Below are positions 54,845-61,675 of a DNA stretch of 61,675 bases, one piece after another (position 1 is the stretch's first letter; each line of letters begins with the position of its first letter). Source of the DNA: Candidatus Moraniibacteriota bacterium (GTDB lineage: Bacteria > Patescibacteriota > Minisyncoccia > Moranbacterales > GWC2-37-73); contig JAAXUC010000006.1 in assembly GCA_013336225.1 (NCBI GenBank), positions 1 to 61,675 of the forward strand, in the 5' to 3' direction. A program made the position numbers and the translations under genes. Under the pieces are notes generated by a model that worked only from the letters and a program-made list of their open reading frames with translations, ran no database searches and was not told the DNA's origin.

Positions 54845-55126
54845 TCAATAGTGTTCTTCCGGGCTGGCATCGTCAGTGAGTCTCCGAAACAACTTTTTTT
54901 GCTGCCTGAATTTGTCAGGAATTTTTGAAAATCCCAATTCAACAACGGCTTGCCGAAAAGAAATTTCCTTGTCTTTTCCGACTTGTGGAAGCTCCAGAAT
55001 TTCCTCTAGCGTTTTTTTGGATGGGTCAATGTCACAAACAAAATACACATCTCTCAGGTTACATTTTTCAATAAAGGTAACTTTCCAATAATCATCCTTC
55101 ACGTGCACAATGCTTCGATGTTTCAT
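54845..55126 (-). CDS. Hypothetical protein
   Basis: 93 aa. AAGGGGGTGATGTC precedes the ATG on the minus strand. I see no recognisable family. Confidence 0.45.
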   Translation of the reverse strand: MKHRSIVHVKDDYWKVTFIEKCNLRDVYFVCDIDPSKKTLEEILELPQVGKDKEISFRQAVVELGFSKIPDKFRQQKKLFRRLTDDASPEEHY

Positions 55127-55242
55127 GACATCACCCCCTTTTTTTTATTTGTTAAGATTACCAAAACTCTTGTGCCTCCATTATATTCTAATTTGGCTTT
55201 TTGTCTATTGCATATAGTTTAATAAAAAGATATCCTGAGAAT

Positions 55243-55704
55243 ATGAAAATAGCTTGGCTAAAAATCAAAAACTTCTTCGCGCATTTTTTCACACTGGATG
55301 ACACTCCACACAACATTGCTGGCGGAGCAGCGCTGGGAGTTTTTCTTGGAATTTTGCCTGGCGAGGGCTTGGCTACAACTTTAATTATTGCTTCAATTTT
55401 AAAATTAAACAGAGCCTCAGCGACCTTGGGAGTGCTGACAACCAACATGTGGGGCACTTTTTTAGCACTGCCCCTGGCAACCATTGTGGGCGGTTTTCTT
55501 TTTGGTCAAACTCCAGGAAACCTTTCTGACCAATTCTATCAAACATATCACCTTGGATTTAAATTTTTCCTAAGCAAAGCAATCTTTTTCGATTTGGCCC
55601 TGCCACTCATTTCAGGCTTTATCATAGTTTCGCTTTTAATCTCATTTTCACTATACATTTTTGTCTTGATTCTGCTGAAATATTTCAAAACAAAGCAAGA
55701 CTAG
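55243..55704 (+). CDS. DUF2062-like membrane protein
   Basis: The opening MKIAWLKIKNFF....DTPH.IA.G.A.GVF.G..P is typical of the DUF2062 family as I recall it. I set the start at the ATG at 55243. Confidence 0.5.
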   Translation: MKIAWLKIKNFFAHFFTLDDTPHNIAGGAALGVFLGILPGEGLATTLIIASILKLNRASATLGVLTTNMWGTFLALPLATIVGGFLFGQTPGNLSDQFYQTYHLGFKFFLSKAIFFDLALPLISGFIIVSLLISFSLYIFVLILLKYFKTKQD

Positions 55705-55828
55705 GAACATTCTTTTTTATATAAAAATGAACAAAAATGCTTGACATTTGGCAACCAATATGTCAAAATACTGTCTTAGTATCTTTACAACTGAAAGACA
55801 AATAAACCTATATAGGAGAGGTGCAATC

Positions 55829-56941
55829 ATGGAAAAAACAGTCAAATCGGTAGATCAGTCAGCGGTGTGCAATGCTTTTTGGGAACAAACTCCAGATTCG
55901 ATGTGGGCCACTGATTTAACGGGGATATTGCTAAGGGTTAGCATGAAAAAAGCGGAAAATCATGGTTTTGTTGATCCAGAAGAAATGATTGGCAAAATGT
56001 TTGATGATGAAAGGTTCATGAAGCCAGATGAGGCAGAACAAGTGCGCAAATATATGACCGAAATGCTAATCACTGGAGAAAAAATTGCTGATAAAATTCA
56101 GCGTCTTGAACGAGATGGACGGATAATTTATTACTCAGTTTCCATGTTCCCCATCTTTGGAGAAAATAAGGAAATTGTGGGATTTGCAGGGACATCTCGT
56201 GACATCACTGAAAGAATAAATATTGAAGAAAATCTCAAAAATTTTTACACAACTGCTACTCACGGCATTAAAAATCCATTAGTTTTTGGCAATGGAATTT
56301 TACGAAGAGTTATTAATGGTAAATTTGGGCATATCAGTGATAATGTCAAAGCAACACTGCAGAATTTATTGCACGGCTACGATCGAGGAGAAAAAGAATG
56401 CGTTGAAACCATAGTAAGAATGGTAGCACTTGGTCTTGGAGAGAAAACATTTGCTGCAAAAAATTGTCATGTTGATGTTGGATTGGAAATCTTATTGCGA
56501 GTTCTTAATAAGCATGAGAAAGAACTTGATGAAAAAAACATAACCATCGACAATAGGATGCATTCCATCCCCCCAGGGGCAGTTAAATTGCAAACAGATA
56601 GCAATATGTTGTTTTCAATTTTTGATAACCTCATTGATAATGCTATTAAATATTGCAGTATCGGCGGCGTTATCTCTATTGGATATTGTATCTCTAAAGC
56701 TACCAATGAAATCATTTTTAATGTTTATGATGATGGCGATCCTCCATCTGAAGAATTTGTAAATGAGCGCATGGGTAAAAAATTTCAGCGTGACAATATA
56801 ACTGAAGATGGTACAGGCATTGGAATATATTCAGTAAAAGAATCTGTGCGCATGCTTGGTGGAAGGTTTTGGTATGAAGAAACCGAATCTGGGCATCCGA
56901 ATTTTCTCTTTGCTTTTCCACTCTCTGATTTGATAATCTAA
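55829..56941 (+). CDS. Cytoplasmic PAS-domain sensor histidine kinase (no cognate response regulator in window)
   Basis: The PAS region reads W.TD..G....VS; a second PAS-like block ending RDITER follows. The H-box-like motif is ATHGIKNPL. HATPase_c N-box: DNLIDNAIKY. G-boxes: YDDGDP and GTGIGIY. AGGAGAGG lies upstream of the ATG at 55829. Confidence 0.75.
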   Translation: MEKTVKSVDQSAVCNAFWEQTPDSMWATDLTGILLRVSMKKAENHGFVDPEEMIGKMFDDERFMKPDEAEQVRKYMTEMLITGEKIADKIQRLERDGRIIYYSVSMFPIFGENKEIVGFAGTSRDITERINIEENLKNFYTTATHGIKNPLVFGNGILRRVINGKFGHISDNVKATLQNLLHGYDRGEKECVETIVRMVALGLGEKTFAAKNCHVDVGLEILLRVLNKHEKELDEKNITIDNRMHSIPPGAVKLQTDSNMLFSIFDNLIDNAIKYCSIGGVISIGYCISKATNEIIFNVYDDGDPPSEEFVNERMGKKFQRDNITEDGTGIGIYSVKESVRMLGGRFWYEETESGHPNFLFAFPLSDLII

Positions 56942-57009
56942 TCAGTAAGAGTGGTGACACTAAAAATCCAACATATTTAAAATTTGTTCAACAGCAAAAG
57001 GAGGACGTC

Positions 57010-57555
57010 ATGGGAGATGGAATGATGGGGTTGATGGCATTTTTTTCACTCTTGAAAAGTACGCCTGATTCAATGGTTTGGAAAAAATACAGAGCTAATG
57101 GAAATGGTGGAGTTGAAGGTGGAGAAATTGAATTTGCCAGCATGGCAAAGGCCAGGCATTATAACTTGGATATGCAAAGCATTCGCGGCAAGACAGATTT
57201 TGATTTGATGCTGTCTCATGAGCAAGCTCAACAAGCCCTCAGAGATGACATTTGGGTAATACAAAATAATAAGGCCATTGAAGATCGTGAAGAAATAATA
57301 ACACACGAGAATGGTGGCGATGCTATAATTTCAGTTTCCAAATTTCCATGGACAATTTCCGATGAAAAAAAAGTGATTGGCTCAATCTGCACAGCCAGAG
57401 ACATAACCATCAGGAAAAAAGCCATGCTGCGTGTCTCTGAACTTGAAACATTGCTTCTTGAAGAAATCTTGCCTTTTTTGGAATCATTAGCTGAACATCA
57501 AGATGTTGTTACTGCTTTAATACAAAAAATCAAAAAAATGGAAACGGCACGCTAA
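57010..57555 (+). CDS. Stand-alone PAS-domain protein
   Basis: 181 aa with a GKTDFDL...... PAS core ending ARDITIRK. AAGGAGGACGTC lies upstream. Confidence 0.6.
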   Translation: MGDGMMGLMAFFSLLKSTPDSMVWKKYRANGNGGVEGGEIEFASMAKARHYNLDMQSIRGKTDFDLMLSHEQAQQALRDDIWVIQNNKAIEDREEIITHENGGDAIISVSKFPWTISDEKKVIGSICTARDITIRKKAMLRVSELETLLLEEILPFLESLAEHQDVVTALIQKIKKMETAR

Positions 57556-57685
57556 CAACAACAAAAAGCTCTGCGCGATAAATTCGCCAGAGCTTTTTAA
57601 TTTACTTTCAAGTCCTTGTGTCTAATCATTGTGCAACCCAGGTGAATTGCATTCATACTAAATACATTCTACAAAATACTTTATA

Positions 57686-58378
57686 CTAACGTATAATTGT
57701 CCCAACAAACTTCTCCCCATTTAAATATTTTTCAAGATTTTTCACTTTCTTGCCATTTAAAATTGAGACCTCAATCCCCTCTTTGGCGGCCAACTTGGAA
57801 GCGATTGGATCAAAAGGCACATTGGAACCTGGATCCCAGGAATCTCCCACAATTTTCTGAAATTCTGACCACGCAATTTCTTTGATTTTTTTGGCATCAG
57901 CATGTTTGCGCGGGTCTTTGTCATAAACATAATCAATATTAGAAAGGTTGGCAATCTTTTTCACATCAAAATGCTTGGCCAACAAAACGGAAATATAGTC
58001 CGTGGAATTTCCTGGACGATAACCCGCAGCCACCAAAATTGATTCCTTGGCTTTCAGAAAACTTTCCAAATCGTATGGATTCTTGTTGATGGTTGGATGC
58101 GCATATTTCTTGAAAATTGTTCGGATAAAGTGAGCATTCATGCGGGTGGCGTGAATTCCAATCCAATCTTTGTCTTCATTGTCAATGTCCCCAATTTTTG
58201 CGCCAGCTTCAATATATTTGCGCGCAGTTTTTCCACCTCCGGTGACGATGATGAAGCGAAAACCCTTGGCAATGCCATCCTCAATAACCTTTTTGAATTG
58301 TTTCACAAATTTCCAGTCAATTTCTTCTGGCACAATCAAGGATCCTCCCAATGAAATGACAATAGTTTTCTTATTCAT
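57686..58378 (-). CDS. pyrH: UMP kinase (archaeal/short type, amino-acid-kinase fold)
   Basis: IVISLGGS...... and VTGGG..AR.YI are present, with a later GYRPG.STD block. The 230-aa length resembles archaeal-type PyrH. Confidence 0.8.
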   Translation of the reverse strand: MNKKTIVISLGGSLIVPEEIDWKFVKQFKKVIEDGIAKGFRFIIVTGGGKTARKYIEAGAKIGDIDNEDKDWIGIHATRMNAHFIRTIFKKYAHPTINKNPYDLESFLKAKESILVAAGYRPGNSTDYISVLLAKHFDVKKIANLSNIDYVYDKDPRKHADAKKIKEIAWSEFQKIVGDSWDPGSNVPFDPIASKLAAKEGIEVSILNGKKVKNLEKYLNGEKFVGTIIR

Positions 58379-58471
58379 ATTTATATCTTTAACTATTTAA
58401 GTTTTATTTATTATAGCACAGGACGCAAAGTGCTACACTTGCTTAAAAAGCGGATATGTGCTTTACTATGA

Positions 58472-58625
58472 ATACGTTTTGAGGACATGGAAGTGCTAAG
58501 TGAGCAGCGGGCTTCGCACCCCTTGCTGAGGTTTCGCACCCTCCACTTCTTCTATCAGCGTGCTGCTGAAGAAACATCTCCTCATTGGAAGCAATGGACA
58601 GACCAGATCTTGGTCTGTCCATCTT
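58472..58625 (+). ncRNA. Candidate structured sRNA, copy 1 (unknown class)
   Basis: A promoter-like TTGCTT..TACTAT lies at 58439-58469. The conserved 5' end is ACGTTTTGAGGACATGG. Nested helices are TGAGGACATG/CATCTCCTCA, GAAGTG/CACTTC and TTCTTC..GAAGAA. The 3' hairpin is ATGGACAGACCA-GATC-TTGGTCTGTCCAT. There is no ORF. Confidence 0.5.
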
Positions 58626-58681
58626 AATATCAAAATTAGGCAGCCTGCTTGCATGAAAAACAATTAGCTGCTTTACTATAT

Positions 58682-58838
58682 ATACGTTTTGAGGATATGT
58701 GAATGAACGTTCAGCATGGGACCCTCACCAGTCCTATTGCAGAGGGCAAACCCTCCATTCGCAACAAATATTTCCCCTCCAAGGGCTATCCTCGAAACTA
58801 AGCAGGCAGACCGAGAATCATCGGACTGCCTGCTTTCA
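58682..58838 (+). ncRNA. Candidate structured sRNA, copy 2 (paralog of copy 1)
   Basis: A promoter-like TTGCAT..TACTAT lies at 58649-58679. The same 5' end is present (ACGTTTTGAGGATATG). Helices are GTTTTGAGGATA/TATCCTCGAAAC, GTGAATG/CATTCGC and GAGGG-CAAA-CCCTC. The 3' hairpin is AAGCAGGCAG..CTGCCTGCTT. Confidence 0.5.
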
Positions 58839-58894
58839 TATCTAAATGCAAGAAAATTTACTTGATGAACTTGTAACTTTATAAACTTTGCAAC

Positions 58895-59188
58895 TTATTT
58901 TATATGCTCGTCAGCTTGATTCTTGGTTTCATGAAGTTTGGCAATCGTTTGTCTGATCTCATCCTTGATTCCCAGAAACATTTCCAAACCTTTCTGCAAT
59001 TCTTCCAAACCTTTTTTATATTTCTCCAAAACTTCTGCCGTCGCCTTTTCCTCCACCTGCTTTTCCAGCATTTCTTGTCCAACTTGCAAATGATTTTCAA
59101 GCTCTTCAATTTCCCCATCAATCTTCTTCAAATCCTCCTGCAATCTTGCATCAATTTCCTCAAACGTCTTCGGCTCTTTATTTTCCAT
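58895..59188 (-). CDS. Small E/K-rich coiled-coil protein
   Basis: 97 aa with heptad-like E/K/L composition. I see no recognisable family. Confidence 0.5.
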   Translation of the reverse strand: MENKEPKTFEEIDARLQEDLKKIDGEIEELENHLQVGQEMLEKQVEEKATAEVLEKYKKGLEELQKGLEMFLGIKDEIRQTIAKLHETKNQADEHIK

Positions 59189-59224
59189 GATATTTTATAA
59201 AATATTTATCTTAAATTATTTAAA

Positions 59225-60094
59225 TCAATTTACGCCAAGTCCAGTTGGCGCGCTTGGCGCGATCACATCAGCAGTTGGCATTCCATCCCAAACCTGGATA
59301 TCATCAAATTGATATCCACATGCATATCCTGTTCCGTCTATTGATTGATTAACTTCAGCTTGGTCCACATATAAAAGTTGCAAGCCACGCAAATGAAAAT
59401 CTGGATAGACAGGAACTTTTCCATCAAAAATATAACTTGCGGTTGTGCCTCTGGCTAATAATTTATACCCATCAATCCAGAATGAGACATAATGTTCGAT
59501 ATAATTGACATAGATATCAAACTTATGCCATTGACCATCTGAACCTCCAGGATCAGCCAATGGATTTCCAAGGTAGGCTTGAATATAACCCCAATTTTCC
59601 GTGTCCCAACTTTGTGGCCAAGCACCATTGCCAACAAAAGATGAATCGTTTGGCCCCCAGGCCATCCGCGTATAATAAGCAGTGGTTGATTTGATATCAT
59701 CTGTCAAATATTCCCCTTTTCCATGTCCAACCATTGTCCCTTGCCAAGTTGCACCATCAAAGCGTCTCCAATAACTGATAAATATTTCATTTGGGGTTTG
59801 TGAGGATATATTATTTCCGACATATTCCAATTGAGGATTGCTAACCCCAAGCAAGCCAGTGATTGGATCAAGCTTGTTTAACATAAGATTTCCTCGCAAA
59901 CAATAATCGCCGCCATGGCAAGTGTTGTTCACTCGAGCTATTTTTCCTTGCCAAGCACCTGAACGAAAAGAAGTTTCCCATCCAGCTGCTTCAAAATCCA
60001 AACTATGAATCAAGTTAGCCGCACTGACAAAATTTGGGAACATTAAAAACGTTGCGCAAAGAAGCATTAATTTTAGATTTTTGAATTTATACAT
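59225..60094 (-). CDS. Secreted beta-jelly-roll (ConA/polysaccharide-lyase-like) protein with conserved C-terminal APxxPxGL motif
   Basis: The signal peptide is MYKFKNLKLMLLCATFLMFPNFVSA. The W.KFDIYVNY....VSFWIDG and YQFDDIQVW pattern is present. It ends ADVIAPSAPTGLGVN-stop. Confidence 0.6.
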   Translation of the reverse strand: MYKFKNLKLMLLCATFLMFPNFVSAANLIHSLDFEAAGWETSFRSGAWQGKIARVNNTCHGGDYCLRGNLMLNKLDPITGLLGVSNPQLEYVGNNISSQTPNEIFISYWRRFDGATWQGTMVGHGKGEYLTDDIKSTTAYYTRMAWGPNDSSFVGNGAWPQSWDTENWGYIQAYLGNPLADPGGSDGQWHKFDIYVNYIEHYVSFWIDGYKLLARGTTASYIFDGKVPVYPDFHLRGLQLLYVDQAEVNQSIDGTGYACGYQFDDIQVWDGMPTADVIAPSAPTGLGVN

Positions 60095-60140
60095 GATACA
60101 TGCTTCAAGTTTATTCTCGAGACACTATATTAATTCTTTT

Positions 60141-61553
60141 CTACATGACAGAGAGTCCATTGGGTGATGATGGAGCAATCAAGTCAGTTGAGGATGAAAA
60201 TACCCCGACTGAGCTGATGTCTGCACCCATATCAAGACCCTCGCGACCAGCGGCTCGACAAAAAGAATTTGAGGCCAAAGCAAAATCTGTCAAAAGACTG
60301 AAATTTCCAGAAACATTCACGAAACCAGGATCACTCATTAAGTCTCCAACTCCAGGAGAAAGATTTCCTTCCAACTCATCGGATCCTTGCCAAGAAGCAA
60401 TAGAGTTATAGGTAGTCTCATTGGATTCATATATATGCAGATTTATCAGCATTGAGGTGCCCCATTGATTATGATCGGCTTCCGCTATTTCCTTATCAGC
60501 ACCAGACATGCCCAATGATTTATTGAATCCAGTGATTATGTTGTTGTAAAATTTTGGTCGATGACCAGCAAACGTGGTATCCATTCCTATGGCTTGATCA
60601 TTAGTGTTTGGATTTCCATAAAAAGTATTGTTACTGAATATCAAATCATCAGCTCTTTCATCGTATTCTGCAGAATTAATGTTATCCCAAACGCTCATGG
60701 CCATATACTTGCTTCCCGCTATCACATTATTTATTAAAGTGTTTCTCTCACAAGCACCATCCAGGTTGTCGTTAGTGTTAAGGAAAGCAACATAATTATC
60801 ATGCAGATAGTTATCTTGAATCAAACTATCGTCAATATTGTCCTTAAAATGAATTCCGTTGGTGCATTCGTATATTTCATTATTTTTTATAACAATGTGA
60901 TGTGAATCGTACCCATTGATGCAGTTATTGTTGTAATTATTACTCGTTTCTTTGTATTCATGTATCTCGTTATTTTCAATGGTGAGATAGGAGGCATTGT
61001 TCATGGAGATGGCCGCATTATTGTTTGCTCCACCTTGACTATGTGTTCCACCAACAAATTCACAATTTTTAATGACGCAATAATCAGCCTCGACCCTGAG
61101 GGTGACCATGATGTCAACTGTATCAGCTTGATTTCTAGCAGTGATTAGGAATCCGTCCCAAGTAATATAGTTCTTGTGATATGAGCCCAAAACTGTGCTG
61201 ACATAGGCTTCTGCCGTAGCTCCTATGCCGTGGATATTAGCTCCATGTTGATTGAGTGATTTGAAAATGATCGGATTGCCAGCTGTCCCACTATTTGTCG
61301 GGTGGAGGGCTGGAATTTTGTAATCAGGATCATTTTGAATTACGGAATAAATTCCATCGAGAAAGTATACGACATCCCCAGCAACGGCATTGCTCATTCC
61401 AGCTTGCGCTGAACAAGGCACATTAATATTCGTGCAAACAGGCCAGCTTGCTTCTCCTGTCGGCGAAACATAATATGTTGCCGCCTTGGAGAAATTTGGC
61501 AGCATAAAAAACGTCACACAAAGAAAAATTAATTTATATAGTTGTTTTTGCAT
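60141..61553 (-). CDS. Secreted right-handed beta-helix protein with conserved C-terminal APxxPxGL motif
   Basis: I set the start at the ATG at 61553, giving MQKQLYKLIFLCVTFFMLPNFSKA. Repeated NN.I..N turns are present. It ends TDLIAPSSPNGLSVM-stop. It is a paralog of the gene at 37363. Confidence 0.7.
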   Translation of the reverse strand: MQKQLYKLIFLCVTFFMLPNFSKAATYYVSPTGEASWPVCTNINVPCSAQAGMSNAVAGDVVYFLDGIYSVIQNDPDYKIPALHPTNSGTAGNPIIFKSLNQHGANIHGIGATAEAYVSTVLGSYHKNYITWDGFLITARNQADTVDIMVTLRVEADYCVIKNCEFVGGTHSQGGANNNAAISMNNASYLTIENNEIHEYKETSNNYNNNCINGYDSHHIVIKNNEIYECTNGIHFKDNIDDSLIQDNYLHDNYVAFLNTNDNLDGACERNTLINNVIAGSKYMAMSVWDNINSAEYDERADDLIFSNNTFYGNPNTNDQAIGMDTTFAGHRPKFYNNIITGFNKSLGMSGADKEIAEADHNQWGTSMLINLHIYESNETTYNSIASWQGSDELEGNLSPGVGDLMSDPGFVNVSGNFSLLTDFALASNSFCRAAGREGLDMGADISSVGVFSSSTDLIAPSSPNGLSVM

Positions 61554-61560
61554 GTTTTTA

Positions 61561-61675
61561 TTATAGCACGCTGAGACCACTCGGTGCGCTTGGCGCAATA
61601 ATATCCGCACCCATATCAGGTCCAATGTGCTCTGTGCTTATCACAAAATCATCAACCTCAAGCGCTTGCCATGAA
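61561..61675 (-). CDS. 3' fragment of another secreted protein of the same family (truncated by window edge)
   Basis: The minus-strand frame is open to the window end and reads ..SWQALEVDDFVISTEHIGPDMGADIIAPSAPSGLSVL-stop. It carries the same terminal motif and lies 7 nt upstream of the next family member. Confidence 0.6.
   Translation of the reverse strand, partial: SWQALEVDDFVISTEHIGPDMGADIIAPSAPSGLSVL

Noticed and set aside
38818-61563. Stop-codon recoding (for example UGA=Gly, code 25) to extend the secreted proteins past the APxxPxGL motif into FN3 domains
   Set aside because: The five genes end with three different stop codons. Downstream sequence is another gene or non-coding. TGA clearly terminates well-conserved genes elsewhere, for example at 3413-3415.

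Overview
This 61.7-kb window comes from a low-GC, compact, repeat-rich bacterial genome. The gene content suggests a Patescibacteria/CPR-like organism; this is inference only. That content includes four ArnT/PMT-like GT-C paralogs, many GT2/GT4 enzymes, RtcB, an archaeal-type UMP kinase and very few regulators. TGA, TAA and TAG all act as stops, so the standard code applies. Layout: (1) 1-27.1 kb is a cell-envelope glycan/glycosylation supercluster. It holds GT-C x4, a Wzx-like flippase, a polyprenyl-phosphate GT2, GT4 x4, a nucleotide-sugar dehydrogenase, an O-antigen-ligase-like protein, LCP and a Ctp protease, with tmk-like and rtcB embedded. (2) 27.5-30.0 kb holds rhodanese, fmt and def. 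(3) 30.0-37.2 kb is an accessory island. An IntI-like tyrosine recombinase lacking the integron-specific insertion is followed by single small genes, each with its own SD and terminator. Long structured palindromic sites with AAC...GTT cores (attC-like) separate these genes, and an IS481-family IS is inserted among them. This is my best candidate for a novel system, either an integron-like cassette array or a multi-inverton array. (4) 37.3-47.8 kb holds priA, a cytidylyltransferase, HIT, ThpR, GT26, a hydrolase, gltX and a C39-like peptidase. (5) 47.8-48.8 kb is ORF-free. (6) 48.8-51.6 kb holds a GNAT and the iscR-iscS-iscU genes. (7) 51.6-57.6 kb is a strong-SD block of hypotheticals, a PD-(D/E)XK nuclease, and an orphan histidine kinase plus a PAS protein. 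(8) 57.7-61.7 kb holds pyrH, two tandem promoter/terminator-bounded sRNA candidates, and three tandem secreted proteins. Five secreted proteins of two different folds share both a signal peptide and a C-terminal D-I-I-A-P-x-x-P-x-G-L-x-V-x motif. Several MITE-like repeat families populate the intergenic DNA and even coding sequence. I saw no rRNA, tRNA or CRISPR array.
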